A stretch of 58,542 nucleotides of DNA from a virus (lineage: Duplodnaviria; Caudoviricetes), in IMG/VR virus record IMGVR_UViG_3300036768_001555, positions 1 through 58,542 of that record. The stretch is one strand, 5' to 3'. The notes below the pieces were generated by a model, which ran no database searches, was not told where the DNA came from, and was given only the letters and a program-made list of their open reading frames with translations. The position numbers were made by a program, and so were the translations under genes. Of this stretch, positions 33,884 through 42,796 are shown one piece after another (positions within the stretch are counted from its first letter, which is position 1; the number at the start of each line of letters is the position of its first letter).

Positions 33884-34072
33884 ATGATGGCGAAGGGCGT
33901 GTTATCGGTTTCGGTGCCGCTCGATCTGGCAGTTCAGATTGAGCGGATGGCTCGGAAGCAGGGATGTTCTATCAGCTTTATGGTCGAGCAGCTTCTGAAA
34001 AAAGCTTTAAAGCTTGAAGAGGAGAGTGACCAGCGTGACTCAGAGCCTCTTGCTATCGCAGCAGAAGACTAG
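33884..34072 (+). CDS. Ribbon-helix-helix (CopG/Arc-like) regulator
   Basis: VLSVSVPLDLAVQIERMARKQGCSISFMVEQLLKKAL; TATAAT upstream at 33861. Confidence 0.8.
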   Translation: MMAKGVLSVSVPLDLAVQIERMARKQGCSISFMVEQLLKKALKLEEESDQRDSEPLAIAAED

Positions 34073-34310
34073 TTTCACGACACGGGAAGAGCTGATCCGG
34101 CGTGCGGAGCACATAGACGAAGTTCTGTCGCGCGAGCGCAAGGCGATGATGTTCTACCTGTCGCGCTCCTTGGAGATCAATTACCGAGACAACTTTGAGA
34201 CCATTGACGCTGTGCGCTTGGATGGCGAGACCGTGCGCGCGTGGCGCGCAGGTAAGGCGTGCATCACCGACCGGCAGCTCTATAGCTACTTTGACAGGCA
34301 CGGTACATGA
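34026..34310 (+). CDS. Hypothetical protein
   Basis: GAGGAG RBS before GTG. Confidence 0.5.
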   Translation: MTSVTQSLLLSQQKTSFTTREELIRRAEHIDEVLSRERKAMMFYLSRSLEINYRDNFETIDAVRLDGETVRAWRAGKACITDRQLYSYFDRHGT

Positions 34311-34508
34311 GCAGAAGCTCTTCGAGATCGAGGTGGCCCTGAAGGCTGCGATCTCGAAGCTGGAGAGGCTCGCGCGGCAGGCCGATGATGAAAATCTTCA
34401 AAGAGCGATCGTCAATGTCTGCGTTCATGCGAGACAAAATCTCGAAAGCATCCAGCTCATCGTGAGCGCGCCAGTCATTGAACTTCAAGCACAAAAGGAG
34501 TGATGATG

Positions 34509-35504
34509 ATGGCAGAGTGGAGAAAGATACATACAAAGTTCTGGGTGGACCCTGAATGGCTCGACTTCACGCCGGAAGACCGCTACTTTTACCTCTGCCT
34601 CCTGACCAACCCCAAGACGACCGCGTGCGGAGTGTACGAAGTCCACATCAAAGAGTTCGCGATGTGGACGGGCTACAACACCGAGACAATTGTGAAGCTC
34701 TTGGAACACTTCGTGAGTGCTGGGAAGATCGAGTACGACGAGAAGACCCACGAGGTCTTCATCAGGAACTGGTTTCGGTACAATAGTCCCAAAAGCCCAA
34801 AGCTCCAGGCCCTCATCCTTGACCAAATCGAGCAGATCAAATCCCCGCGCATCCGCGAGATGGTCCTCAAACAGCTCAAACTCTCCCTTGGCGATACTGT
34901 ATCCATACCGTATCGCAATGGTATGGAAACCGTATCGGAGACAGTATCAGATACGGTATCCGATACAGTATCGAAAAAAAGCGCCGGAGACTATAGAGAC
35001 ATAGAGACTATAGAGACTAGAGACTATAGAGACATAGAGACTAAAGACTTAAAGTCTAAGCCGCAAGATTCTCAAGAGAATCTTGCGGCACCATCGGATG
35101 GGGTAACAGCTTCAACAAAGAAAAAGAAGGCGAAGGCCGAGGTGCCGGTCGAGTATGCGAAGCCGATCCTCGATGCCTGGCAAACGATCCATCGCCTGCC
35201 AGATGGGAGTGACCCGCTCACCGAAGGGGACTACGCGATCCTGCGCAAGGTGATCCGCCAGCTCTGGCGGGATAGCGTGATCCTCGATGATGTGCTGGGG
35301 ACGATCAAGGCCATCGGCGAACTAAAGAAGCTCGACCCAAACTGGGCTATCGCCAAAGCCCCAAGCATCCTCAAGCACATCTCCAGCTACCGAGATGGCA
35401 CGTTGCAAAAGCATATCGAGGCGCTCAAGCGCCGCCGCCCTATGAAGGAGGTGTTCCATGAGCCAGTCGCCGCTGAAGACTTCCGCCGACGCAAAGTGCC
35501 CTAA
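34509..35504 (+). CDS. Phage replication initiator (N-terminal wHTH, internal origin)
   Basis: WRKIHTKFWVDP...EDRYFYLCLLTNP.TTACGVYE...GKIEYDEKTHEVFIRNW.RYN initiator N-domain; iterons mid-gene; followed by a DnaC-like gene. Confidence 0.85.
   Translation: MAEWRKIHTKFWVDPEWLDFTPEDRYFYLCLLTNPKTTACGVYEVHIKEFAMWTGYNTETIVKLLEHFVSAGKIEYDEKTHEVFIRNWFRYNSPKSPKLQALILDQIEQIKSPRIREMVLKQLKLSLGDTVSIPYRNGMETVSETVSDTVSDTVSKKSAGDYRDIETIETRDYRDIETKDLKSKPQDSQENLAAPSDGVTASTKKKKAKAEVPVEYAKPILDAWQTIHRLPDGSDPLTEGDYAILRKVIRQLWRDSVILDDVLGTIKAIGELKKLDPNWAIAKAPSILKHISSYRDGTLQKHIEALKRRRPMKEVFHEPVAAEDFRRRKVP
34893..35057. repeat. Replication origin iterons
   Basis: GATACNGTATC-type palindromic units (34893, 34904, then a 12-bp period at 34926, 34938, 34950, 34962), an A7 tract, then about seven GAGAC(T)A(T)A units from 34987. 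Confidence 0.8.
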
Positions 35505-36195
35505 ATGCTTGAAGCCATACCGTAGCGAGATCATGCAGCTCGGCGATCTCCCGTTTGAGCTGCACGTGCCAACGTGCACATGCCTCGCTGAAGCCGAAGA
35601 GCAGCAGCGCCAGCGCGACCGTGTCGAGCGCGCAAATGAGTACGCTCAGGCGCTGGCGAAGCAGGTCGGCCCGCGCCTGTGGCGCGAAGCGACCTTCGAA
35701 GACTTCATAGAGACCCCCTCAAACGCAGCGATGCTCCGCGCGGCGCAGGAGTACAGCATCCACGGCCCGCCTCCCCCACGGTGCCTGGTGCTCTCAGGCC
35801 CGTCGGGGTGTGGCAAGACGCGCCTGGCCCTTGCCGCTGCGCGCCGCCAGATCGAGCGATTTGTGATAAAGGCGCGCTTCATCACCGCCACGGAGTTCCT
35901 GAGAGCTATGCGGGGGTGCTTCCCAAGCGAAGCCCTTGACCTCATCAAGGCTCTCAAATCCGTGCCGCTGCTCATCCTCGACGATGTGCAGCCACTAACC
36001 GATCGCGAGCGCATTGACCTGCTTGAACTCATTGACGCACGCTACCGCGCCGAAGCCCCCCTGATCGTCACGACGAATATCCGCGTGCAGGACTTCGACG
36101 CTGCACTGGGAATGCAGATTAGCTCACGATTGCAAGACGCTCTCTACAGCAAAGTAACGACTGTGCAGCAGCCTGCTGGGGACATATGGAGTTGA
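35458..36195 (+). CDS. DnaC/IstB-like AAA+ helicase loader
   Basis: CPKC...CTC Zn site, ATFEDF, GPSGCGKT Walker A, LLILDD Walker B, IVTTN, ISSRL. Confidence 0.9.
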   Translation: MSQSPLKTSADAKCPKCLKPYRSEIMQLGDLPFELHVPTCTCLAEAEEQQRQRDRVERANEYAQALAKQVGPRLWREATFEDFIETPSNAAMLRAAQEYSIHGPPPPRCLVLSGPSGCGKTRLALAAARRQIERFVIKARFITATEFLRAMRGCFPSEALDLIKALKSVPLLILDDVQPLTDRERIDLLELIDARYRAEAPLIVTTNIRVQDFDAALGMQISSRLQDALYSKVTTVQQPAGDIWS

Positions 36196-36226
36196 CATAT
36201 ACTTGCCGTCATTGGAAAATAGAGGC

Positions 36227-36484
36227 ATGGAACGAATATCAGTGGTGGTCAAGCGCCCAGGGAGGTTTGTGAATGAGCGGTTGCAGCAAGACATTCTCAA
36301 CGCGATGCGCGCGCGTAAGCTCTCCGTGCTCGGCGTGTGCACTTACTTGGCGCGCGAGGGATTGTACCTGACGCCGCAAGCGTTTCACGATATCTTCGCG
36401 GGGCGCGTCAAGCCAACCTCTGTCAGGCCGGCAACGAGAAAGATTTTTCTCGAAGCGCTCGGCATTGACTTGTATGATTATTAG
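36227..36484 (+). CDS. Probable HTH (Cro/XRE-like) regulator
   Basis: AMRARKLSV...LTPQAFHDIFAGRVKP...EALGID pattern; TTGACA at 36192 upstream. Confidence 0.55.
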   Translation: MERISVVVKRPGRFVNERLQQDILNAMRARKLSVLGVCTYLAREGLYLTPQAFHDIFAGRVKPTSVRPATRKIFLEALGIDLYDY

Positions 36485-36486
36485 CC

Positions 36487-36831
36487 ATGCGGCTCATCTT
36501 AGAGTATGATCGCAACGGCGATATTCTCGAAGTGTCGCTCAATAATCGGGCGCCTACCATTGTGCGTGATTTCGGCGATGACGTTTGGGTGAAGGTTGAT
36601 GCAGAGACTGGTGCGTGGCGCGGGTTCATCGTCCTCAACTTGACCAAGCACCAACGCCCTGCGAGACTGGAATCCACCTCAGCAGGCATCTCTAGCTGCC
36701 AATTATTGAGGGATTGGTCCTGTCATCAAGGAAGGATAAAATATGCTCTATCAGTGCCATCGGTGCGGATGGCACGGGACAGAAAATCAACTGCTCCTGC
36801 GACGGTTCGAGAACGAGAAAGAAATCTCTAA
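36487..36831 (+). CDS. DUF2283-like protein
   Basis: LEYDRNGDILEVSL...DDVWVKVDAETGAWRGFIVLN. Confidence 0.6.
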   Translation: MRLILEYDRNGDILEVSLNNRAPTIVRDFGDDVWVKVDAETGAWRGFIVLNLTKHQRPARLESTSAGISSCQLLRDWSCHQGRIKYALSVPSVRMARDRKSTAPATVRERERNL

Positions 36832-36877
36832 ACTCTGCCCTAACTGCCGCTGGTTGCATTCATCGCCGCAGCCATGC

Positions 36878-36906
36878 TTGACTCCAGATGTTGCTGATGG
36901 TATAAT
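36878..36906 (+). promoter_or_regulatory. Strong sigma70-type promoter TTGACT-17-(TGn)TATAAT
   Basis: TTGACT at 36878, TG at 36898-36899, TATAAT at 36901. Confidence 0.75.
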
Positions 36907-36911
36907 CCCAT

Positions 36912-37068
36912 CTTGCAGGTCTGAGACTCGCACAAGGCCACCGCGCGCTTAGGAATAGGAACGGTGGACGGCGCGAGGGGTAGGTTCTGCACACGGCGGG
37001 CGGATGATTCATCCAGCGCGGTGTGAGCGCCTTCGGCGAATAGACGCCGAGCCTGTCTTCTTTTTTTA
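36912..37068 (+). ncRNA. Candidate structured small RNA (about 155 nt)
   Basis: Lies between a consensus promoter and a T7 tract; several hairpins; no convincing ORF. Confidence 0.45.
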
Positions 37069-37127
37069 CATTATCCCCTCCTCCCCAACCAAAGCACACC
37101 CATGCCGTCAGGATTGCCCTGGTAAAG

Positions 37128-37157
37128 TTGCCATTTGCAGATTCTTGCGAGTATAAT
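37128..37157 (+). promoter_or_regulatory. Promoter for the terminase operon, TTGCCA-18-TATAAT
   Basis: TATAAT at 37152-37157, only 10 nt before the ATG at 37168. Confidence 0.6.
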
Positions 37158-37167
37158 GCTCATTGCT

Positions 37168-37770
37168 ATGGGACGACGCACCATTCCGTGGGATCAAGTG
37201 AAGCAGGAGTACACATGTGGCACAGTCAACGAGCAGGGGCAGCGCGTTTGGCCCTCGGAGATCGAGCTTGCGAAAAAATATCGAATTAGTAGATCAACGC
37301 TATGGAAGCGGAGAACCTCTGAAAAGTGGGACGAGCTTCGCGAGCAGAATCGAGCAGAAATCGAACAGAAATCGAGCAGAAAGATCATCGAAAAAGTTGC
37401 TGACGAGCAAGCCGAGGTCAACACTGTTGGCTTGCGTGTGGCGCGTCAGCTCATTGACGATGTCGTAGCTGGTCTGGAGCGGTATCGCCAGCAGGTGGCG
37501 CAGGTCTTCGCGGACGAGACTATAGACACGGCGGAGCGCACCAGGCAGCTCCGTGAGGTTTCGCAGGCGCTGCGAAACTATGCCCAGGCGTTTGCGGTCG
37601 CGTATGACAAGGCGCGGCTGGCGGTCGGTGAACCCAGCGAGATCACTGAGGAGCGGATGACGCTGGAGCGTCTGATCCGCGAGACGCTGGTGTATATCGA
37701 GGCAGAGGCAAAGGATGATCATCACGGAGGAGACCAAGCGGGCGTTCTTGACGTGGCGCGAGCGGCCTGA
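37168..37770 (+). CDS. terS: Terminase small subunit
   Basis: WDQVKQEY...ELAKKYRISRSTLWKR...EKW HTH; RLAVGEPSEITE C-terminal motif; directly upstream of terL. Confidence 0.8.
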   Translation: MGRRTIPWDQVKQEYTCGTVNEQGQRVWPSEIELAKKYRISRSTLWKRRTSEKWDELREQNRAEIEQKSSRKIIEKVADEQAEVNTVGLRVARQLIDDVVAGLERYRQQVAQVFADETIDTAERTRQLREVSQALRNYAQAFAVAYDKARLAVGEPSEITEERMTLERLIRETLVYIEAEAKDDHHGGDQAGVLDVARAA

Positions 37771-39103
37771 CGTCTTTTTGAAGGTTTGCTTTGGGGTAGA
37801 GCTGTGGCCCAAGCAGCTGGAGATTCTCCAGGCTGTGGCAGCGGGGGAGAAGCGGATTGCGGTCCGCGCGGCGAACGACGTGGGGAAGTCGTTCGCGCTG
37901 GCGTGTCTTGCGCTCTGGTTCCTCTATGCCTTCCCGCCCAATGCCGTTGTGACGACTGCGCCGACGTGGAACCAGGTTACAGTGATCTTATGGCGGGAGA
38001 TCGCAAAACTCTGGGAGCGGCGGCGGTTCAGTTCTGATGCGGAGTCACTGAAGACCCAGCTGCGGGTGACGTCGGATCAGTTTGCGATGGGGCTGGCGAC
38101 GGACGAGACAGAGCGTTTTCAGGGGTTCCGTGAGCGGAATTCGCTGTTCATTGTGGATGAGGCGTCCGGCGTAGACGAGGGGATCATCGAGGCGATCGAG
38201 GGATCGCTCCAGGGGTCAGGGGCGCACCTGGTGATGGTAGGGAACCCTACGCGGACGAGCGGGCCGCTGTGGAATGCGTTTCACGGACGGCAGAGCGCGC
38301 TGTATAAGAAGATGCACATCTCCGCATTCGATTACATCAACTATGTAAAATCCGGCGGGAGGTATATCGCGCCGCTGGTGACCGAGGCAGACATTGAGGA
38401 GAAGCGGCTGCTATGGGGGGAGGACTCGGTGCTGTGGGCAGTGCGGGTGTTGGGGGAGTTCCCCAGAGAGCCAGAGGGGACGATCATCCCGCTGTGGGCG
38501 GTGGAGCGTGCGCGGCAGGTTAGTCTAGAGCCTTCTGGGGAGAAGGAGTTCGGGATTGACGTGGCGGACGTGGGTAGCAACGAAACGGTCGTTGTCTGTC
38601 GTCAGGGGGATGTGGTATTGTGGCTGGAGGCATGGCGAGGCAGGCCGAGCGGGGAGACCTGGGGCAAGGTGGTACAGCTCATTGAGCGTGATCGTCCGGC
38701 GCGGGTGAAGGTAGACTACCCAGGCGTGGGCGTTGGGTTGTACACGCATCTATTGGAGATGAGGCGTGCGCGCGGGTGGAAGACGGAGATCATCAAGATC
38801 GAGCCTGGGGCGAAAGCACAGGATCAAGATCGGTACCTTCTTGTTGCGGATGAGCTATGGTACACATTGGCCGATCGGTTTCGCGAGGGACGGATTGATC
38901 TGACGCGGCTGAGCGAGCGCGACTACAGCATCTTGAGCGCGCAGCTCACAGCAAGGATGGGCAAGCTGGATGCGTTCGGGCGGCAACGTGTGGAGAGCAA
39001 GAGCAAGCTGAGTGAGTCCCCTGACAGGGCCGACGCTCTGGCCTTGGCGTTCTATTCCGCCAAACAGAGCTGGTCCATGCTGGAGTACTACCTTGCTCTG
39101 TGA
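37715..39103 (+). CDS. terL: Terminase large subunit
   Basis: WPKQ, RAANDVGKS, LFIVDEA, GNPT, VLGEFP, GIDVA, SPDRADAL. Confidence 0.95.
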   Translation: MIITEETKRAFLTWRERPDVFLKVCFGVELWPKQLEILQAVAAGEKRIAVRAANDVGKSFALACLALWFLYAFPPNAVVTTAPTWNQVTVILWREIAKLWERRRFSSDAESLKTQLRVTSDQFAMGLATDETERFQGFRERNSLFIVDEASGVDEGIIEAIEGSLQGSGAHLVMVGNPTRTSGPLWNAFHGRQSALYKKMHISAFDYINYVKSGGRYIAPLVTEADIEEKRLLWGEDSVLWAVRVLGEFPREPEGTIIPLWAVERARQVSLEPSGEKEFGIDVADVGSNETVVVCRQGDVVLWLEAWRGRPSGETWGKVVQLIERDRPARVKVDYPGVGVGLYTHLLEMRRARGWKTEIIKIEPGAKAQDQDRYLLVADELWYTLADRFREGRIDLTRLSERDYSILSAQLTARMGKLDAFGRQRVESKSKLSESPDRADALALAFYSAKQSWSMLEYYLAL

Positions 39104-39107
39104 AAAT

Positions 39108-39137
39108 TTGACTTTCGGTCTTCGGTCTGTATATAAT
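39108..39137 (+). promoter_or_regulatory. Promoter TTGACT-18-TATAAT upstream of the head genes
   Basis: TTGACT at 39108, TATAAT at 39132. Confidence 0.65.
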
Positions 39138-39198
39138 GCCGTGACCTGCAAGGATTGACGCAGGCTGTCTCGGAAGAGACACGCGCGGGTGCGAACTC

Positions 39199-39573
39199 GT
39201 GCTCCGTGGGGAAGAGGGGGTTATATTGCCTCGAAGAGAGCGGAGCATTTGGTGGCATTGGGTCAAATACTTGCCGCCGCGTGGCGCGCACGGGGGACGG
39301 GCACACTATGATCCGGTGCCTGTGCAGGCGATGCGTCAACTATTTTTGTCTGCATTGATGCGCGCGTGGCGCACGGTCGGCAAAAAACTCCCGCGGATGC
39401 ACTACAAGGAGTTGCTGCGGCGTGCGGGCTGGACTGGGATCTGGGTGGACTTGCCCAAGCAGCTCCTGGCCAAAGAGCTTGATTTGTCCCATCCGGTATT
39501 GTCCTGGCTGAATGGGCAACGAGCGTTGTGGTACTTGATCTTATGGCAACTGGCGAGAGAAAAGAGAATTTAG
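39199..39573 (+). CDS. Hypothetical protein
   Basis: ORF between the promoter and the portal gene. Confidence 0.45.
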   Translation: MLRGEEGVILPRRERSIWWHWVKYLPPRGAHGGRAHYDPVPVQAMRQLFLSALMRAWRTVGKKLPRMHYKELLRRAGWTGIWVDLPKQLLAKELDLSHPVLSWLNGQRALWYLILWQLAREKRI

Positions 39574-40970
39574 CATCTCGGCTGCGGCGTGCCTTTGGGT
39601 ACGTGGTGCGCGGCGACCGCGTGGATAGTGCCTTCGGCACCTTCAAGGACCCTTTTGGCACGAAGCAGTCGAGCATTGATCCCTATGCGGGGATGTCCAT
39701 CCTGGTCAACCGGCGCCGGTTGACGGAGCTGGAGGTGTTCGAGCTATACCGCTCGTTCGGGATCGCTGCGAACGCTGTGGACGTCCCTGCTGAAGACATG
39801 ACCCGCGCGGGGTTCCGGTTCTGTTGCCCAAGCGACAGCACCCTTGAGGACGCGGTCGAGAAGAAGCTGCGCGACTTAAATGCGCAGAGCGTTCTGCATG
39901 ACGTCTGCCGGTATGAGTTTCTCACCGGCGACGGGTTTGCCCTCATTGGGGTTGAGGGTGGCGGGGCATCGTTAGAGACGGACGTCTTGGAGCTGGCGCA
40001 GGCGGGGCGGCTCCAGCGGGTCGCGTTCCTGCACCCGTTCCACGGCTACAAGGTGGAAGACATCGAGTTAGAGGAAGACATTCTCTCTCCGCACTATGGC
40101 GAGGACAAGTTCATCGTTCTGCGTGTGGGGGAAGAGCGGGTGCGGGTGCATGCCAGTCGGGTGCTCCATCTCCAGATGCGTGCCTTCCACGGGGAGAAGT
40201 TCGGGCGGAGCATCTATGAGCGATTGCTCTCGACCTTGCAGGTCATAGACACGACGCACTGGTCAGTCGGACAGCTGATGTACTCGCTCTTCTTCAAGGT
40301 TATCAAGTCCCCGCGGTTTGATGGGATGACGGAAGAGCAGCGCCAGGCTGTCTTGAGAAGGCTCTCCGCTTCGCTCAATGCGCTTACATATTTTGTGCTT
40401 GGCATGGACGAGGAGATGGAGATTGTCTCGCCGAGCGCGCGGCTCTCAGGGTTCGAGGGGTTGACAAACTTTCTCTGGGACATGCTCGCAGCCGCGACGC
40501 GCATCCCTAAGCACCATCTCCTGGGGCAACGGCAGGGGGTGCTCGCAGGAGCGGAGTGGGACACGCGCACGTACTTTGCGCGGATCAAAGCGTTGCAGGA
40601 GTCGTATCTGCGCGAGTTGATCGAGCATCTTGTGCGCCTGATCCTGCTCTCGCACGAGTTCGGTGTTGACCCTGAGTCTGTGGAATGGAGAATAGAGTTC
40701 AATCCGCTATTCGTAGAGAGCGAGCAAGAGCGGAATGAGCGAGACTTCAAGCGTGCGCAGATGCACGCCATCTACCTGCAGTATGGCGTTGTGGCCCCTG
40801 ATGAAGTGCGCGAGGAGCTGGACTGGGTCGAAGGAGCAGAGACGCCGCTGGAGCGAGTTGCTCCTGAAAACCCAGACATCGTCTCCCCTGGCAAGGAACC
40901 GACGCCGCCGCGTCCAGGGGCGACGACGCCTACGGCGGGGATACACTCCCCCAGCGCGTTCAAGCTATGA
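39543..40970 (+). CDS. Portal protein (DUF1073/HI1409 type)
   Basis: LYRSFGIAANAVDVPAEDMTRAG, VHASRV, GRSIYE, AAATRIP..LLG, IEFNPL; located after terL. Confidence 0.9.
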   Translation: MATGERKENLASRLRRAFGYVVRGDRVDSAFGTFKDPFGTKQSSIDPYAGMSILVNRRRLTELEVFELYRSFGIAANAVDVPAEDMTRAGFRFCCPSDSTLEDAVEKKLRDLNAQSVLHDVCRYEFLTGDGFALIGVEGGGASLETDVLELAQAGRLQRVAFLHPFHGYKVEDIELEEDILSPHYGEDKFIVLRVGEERVRVHASRVLHLQMRAFHGEKFGRSIYERLLSTLQVIDTTHWSVGQLMYSLFFKVIKSPRFDGMTEEQRQAVLRRLSASLNALTYFVLGMDEEMEIVSPSARLSGFEGLTNFLWDMLAAATRIPKHHLLGQRQGVLAGAEWDTRTYFARIKALQESYLRELIEHLVRLILLSHEFGVDPESVEWRIEFNPLFVESEQERNERDFKRAQMHAIYLQYGVVAPDEVREELDWVEGAETPLERVAPENPDIVSPGKEPTPPRPGATTPTAGIHSPSAFKL

Positions 40971-41818
40971 TCGTCACGGATGCGGCGCGGCAGCGGTTGC
41001 GGCGACGACGGCGGGTGTCGCACTTCCCCGCTGGAGCGGCGTTGGCGTTCCAGCGCGAGCTGCTTACCTACATCCGCGCGCTCGTGGCGTTGGTGCAGCA
41101 GTATCTGGACAAAAACGTGCAGCCGCTGATGCTGCGCGAAGGTCGCTTGGAGAGCTTGCGAGCCGATCTCTCCCCGCGCGAGGTCAAGGCGCTCATGGCC
41201 GATCTCTACCGACAGATGGTAGAGCTTTTGCCAGAGACGAAGATGGAAGAGATGGCGCAGCGGTACGTCACCCAAGCGATCCTGCATGCCACAGAGCATC
41301 TGCGGCGGGAGCTGAATGCCGTGCGGCTGCCAGGGAACATCTCCGGTATAGGGGTGGAGCTTTTGTTGCCCCCAGGGAGGATGCACGAGATTTCTGAGGC
41401 GCGCGTCGCGGAGATCGTCCGGCTCATCAAGACGATCCCTGACCACTTGAGCGAGGATGTAGAGCGCCTGGTGTTCGAGGCAGTTTCGTCAGGGAAGAGC
41501 TACCGCGCGCTCGCGCAGGAGATCGCGGAGCTGGCGGATGCGACGCAGCAGCGGGCGCGGGCGATCGCGGTAGACCAGCTCAACAGGGCATATAGCGCGA
41601 TCACACAAGAGCGACTGAGCGCGCTCGGTGTGACCAAGGCGATCTGGTTGACGGCAGAGGATGAGCGCACATGTCCCAGGTGCGGGCCGCTCCACGGGCG
41701 GATCTTTGACTTGGAAGACCTGCGCGCGCGGGGACAGCCGCCCTTGCATCCCTCGTGCCGATGTACGATCATTGCGGAAGAGACAGAGCTTCGAGAACTC
41801 GTCAAGGAGATGATTTGA
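40967..41818 (+). CDS. MuF / SPP1 gp7-like minor head protein
   Basis: RARAIAVDQ, WLTAEDERTCPRC..LHG, PPLHPSCRC. Confidence 0.9.
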   Translation: MIVTDAARQRLRRRRRVSHFPAGAALAFQRELLTYIRALVALVQQYLDKNVQPLMLREGRLESLRADLSPREVKALMADLYRQMVELLPETKMEEMAQRYVTQAILHATEHLRRELNAVRLPGNISGIGVELLLPPGRMHEISEARVAEIVRLIKTIPDHLSEDVERLVFEAVSSGKSYRALAQEIAELADATQQRARAIAVDQLNRAYSAITQERLSALGVTKAIWLTAEDERTCPRCGPLHGRIFDLEDLRARGQPPLHPSCRCTIIAEETELRELVKEMI

Positions 41819-42192
41819 TGACGCCAATGCCGCAAGCGCCAGGGGCGCAGATGTCTCAGTCGAACAAGTGGGAGAACTTTGCCAAGGGGATCGTGATGCT
41901 GGCGGCGTGGCTGGCGTTCGTAGCGCTGCTGGTGCAAACAGCGGTGAACGCGCTGGCCGCGTGGCTTGGGTTTTCTTATGTGGACTACATGACGGCGCTC
42001 TATGTGATGCTCGCCCTGGCGGGCGTGCGGATCACCTGGGGCATCCTGGGCGCCTTGAGCAAAACGCAGCAACAATTGCCGAGCGATCTTCCGGCAATCT
42101 TCGGGCAGGCGTTTGCTCAAGGGTTTGTGATGCACAAGATGCTCCAGGATATGCCGTCCAGCTTCAAAGATGCGGGAATCCGCCCAAGTTGA
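41818..42192 (+). CDS. Membrane protein (2-3 TM)
   Basis: AAGGAG RBS; hydrophobic helices. Confidence 0.6.
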   Translation: MTPMPQAPGAQMSQSNKWENFAKGIVMLAAWLAFVALLVQTAVNALAAWLGFSYVDYMTALYVMLALAGVRITWGILGALSKTQQQLPSDLPAIFGQAFAQGFVMHKMLQDMPSSFKDAGIRPS

Positions 42193-42343
42193 CAAGCGGC
42201 TTGTTTTGGAGAACGGCGTGGAGGAGCTTGAGATTGACTTGAGCGAGCCTCGCGTCGTGCGGGTCATTGGGAAGACCGAAGACGGGCGCACGCGTGAGTG
42301 GCTTCTCAAGGTGACCAACAATCAGAAGCTTGTACTCGTGTAG
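42170..42343 (+). CDS. Small hypothetical protein (57 aa)
   Basis: MRESAQVDKRLVLENG...QKLVLV fills the gap before the terminator. Confidence 0.45.
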   Translation: MRESAQVDKRLVLENGVEELEIDLSEPRVVRVIGKTEDGRTREWLLKVTNNQKLVLV

Positions 42344-42392
42344 TACGGTCTGGCGCGAGCAAAGCCTCCCTCGCGTGAGGGAGCGTCAGCGA

Positions 42393-42433
42393 AGCCCAGA
42401 GGGATAGAGTCCCTCTGGGCTGATTTCTTTTTT
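42393..42433 (+). terminator. Rho-independent terminator
   Basis: AGCCCAGAGGGA-TAGAG-TCCCTCTGGGCT followed by GATTTCTTTTTT. Confidence 0.7.
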
Positions 42434-42796
42434 ATGGCCATGCGAATCCCGTGGAAGACGATCCAGTCCTGGCAGGACGAGATGGCAGTCTCGCGGCTGC
42501 GTGGGTGTTTGCTCTGTCTGCTAGAGGCATTGCAGCAGCAGTATCTCCCTGACGCGGCGGCGCGGTTTTCGTTCAATGAGTTTACGTTCACCTGCCCGCG
42601 TCATGGGTTTGCGACCTTCCCCGCGCGGGAGTTTATGATCCGCTTTGCGGAGATGCTCGATGTGCCGGTCATTCTGCCGCCAGACTGCCCTGATCCCGCG
42701 CGTGAGCTTCAGCGCATTTTCCTCGCGCTCCAGCGGTACTTCGAGTCTGGGACACACTATCGCGTGGAGCGGGCGCGCATCCCTCGGAGGAGATAA
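42434..42796 (+). CDS. Hypothetical protein
   Basis: CLLC...CPRH motif; TAATG coupling to the next gene. Confidence 0.5.
   Translation: MAMRIPWKTIQSWQDEMAVSRLRGCLLCLLEALQQQYLPDAAARFSFNEFTFTCPRHGFATFPAREFMIRFAEMLDVPVILPPDCPDPARELQRIFLALQRYFESGTHYRVERARIPRRR

Noticed and set aside
34893-35057. Short repeats as a CRISPR array
   Set aside because: Units are 8-12 bp, contiguous and lack unique spacers; their position inside the initiator gene fits iterons.
39543-40970. Anti-CBASS Acb1 annotation sometimes attached to DUF1073 proteins
   Set aside because: Position and motifs are those of a portal, and there is no C-terminal 2H phosphoesterase (HxT...HxT) extension.
40967-41818. MuF polymorphic toxin
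   Set aside because: The protein ends shortly after the HPSCRC motif, with no toxin extension or immunity gene.
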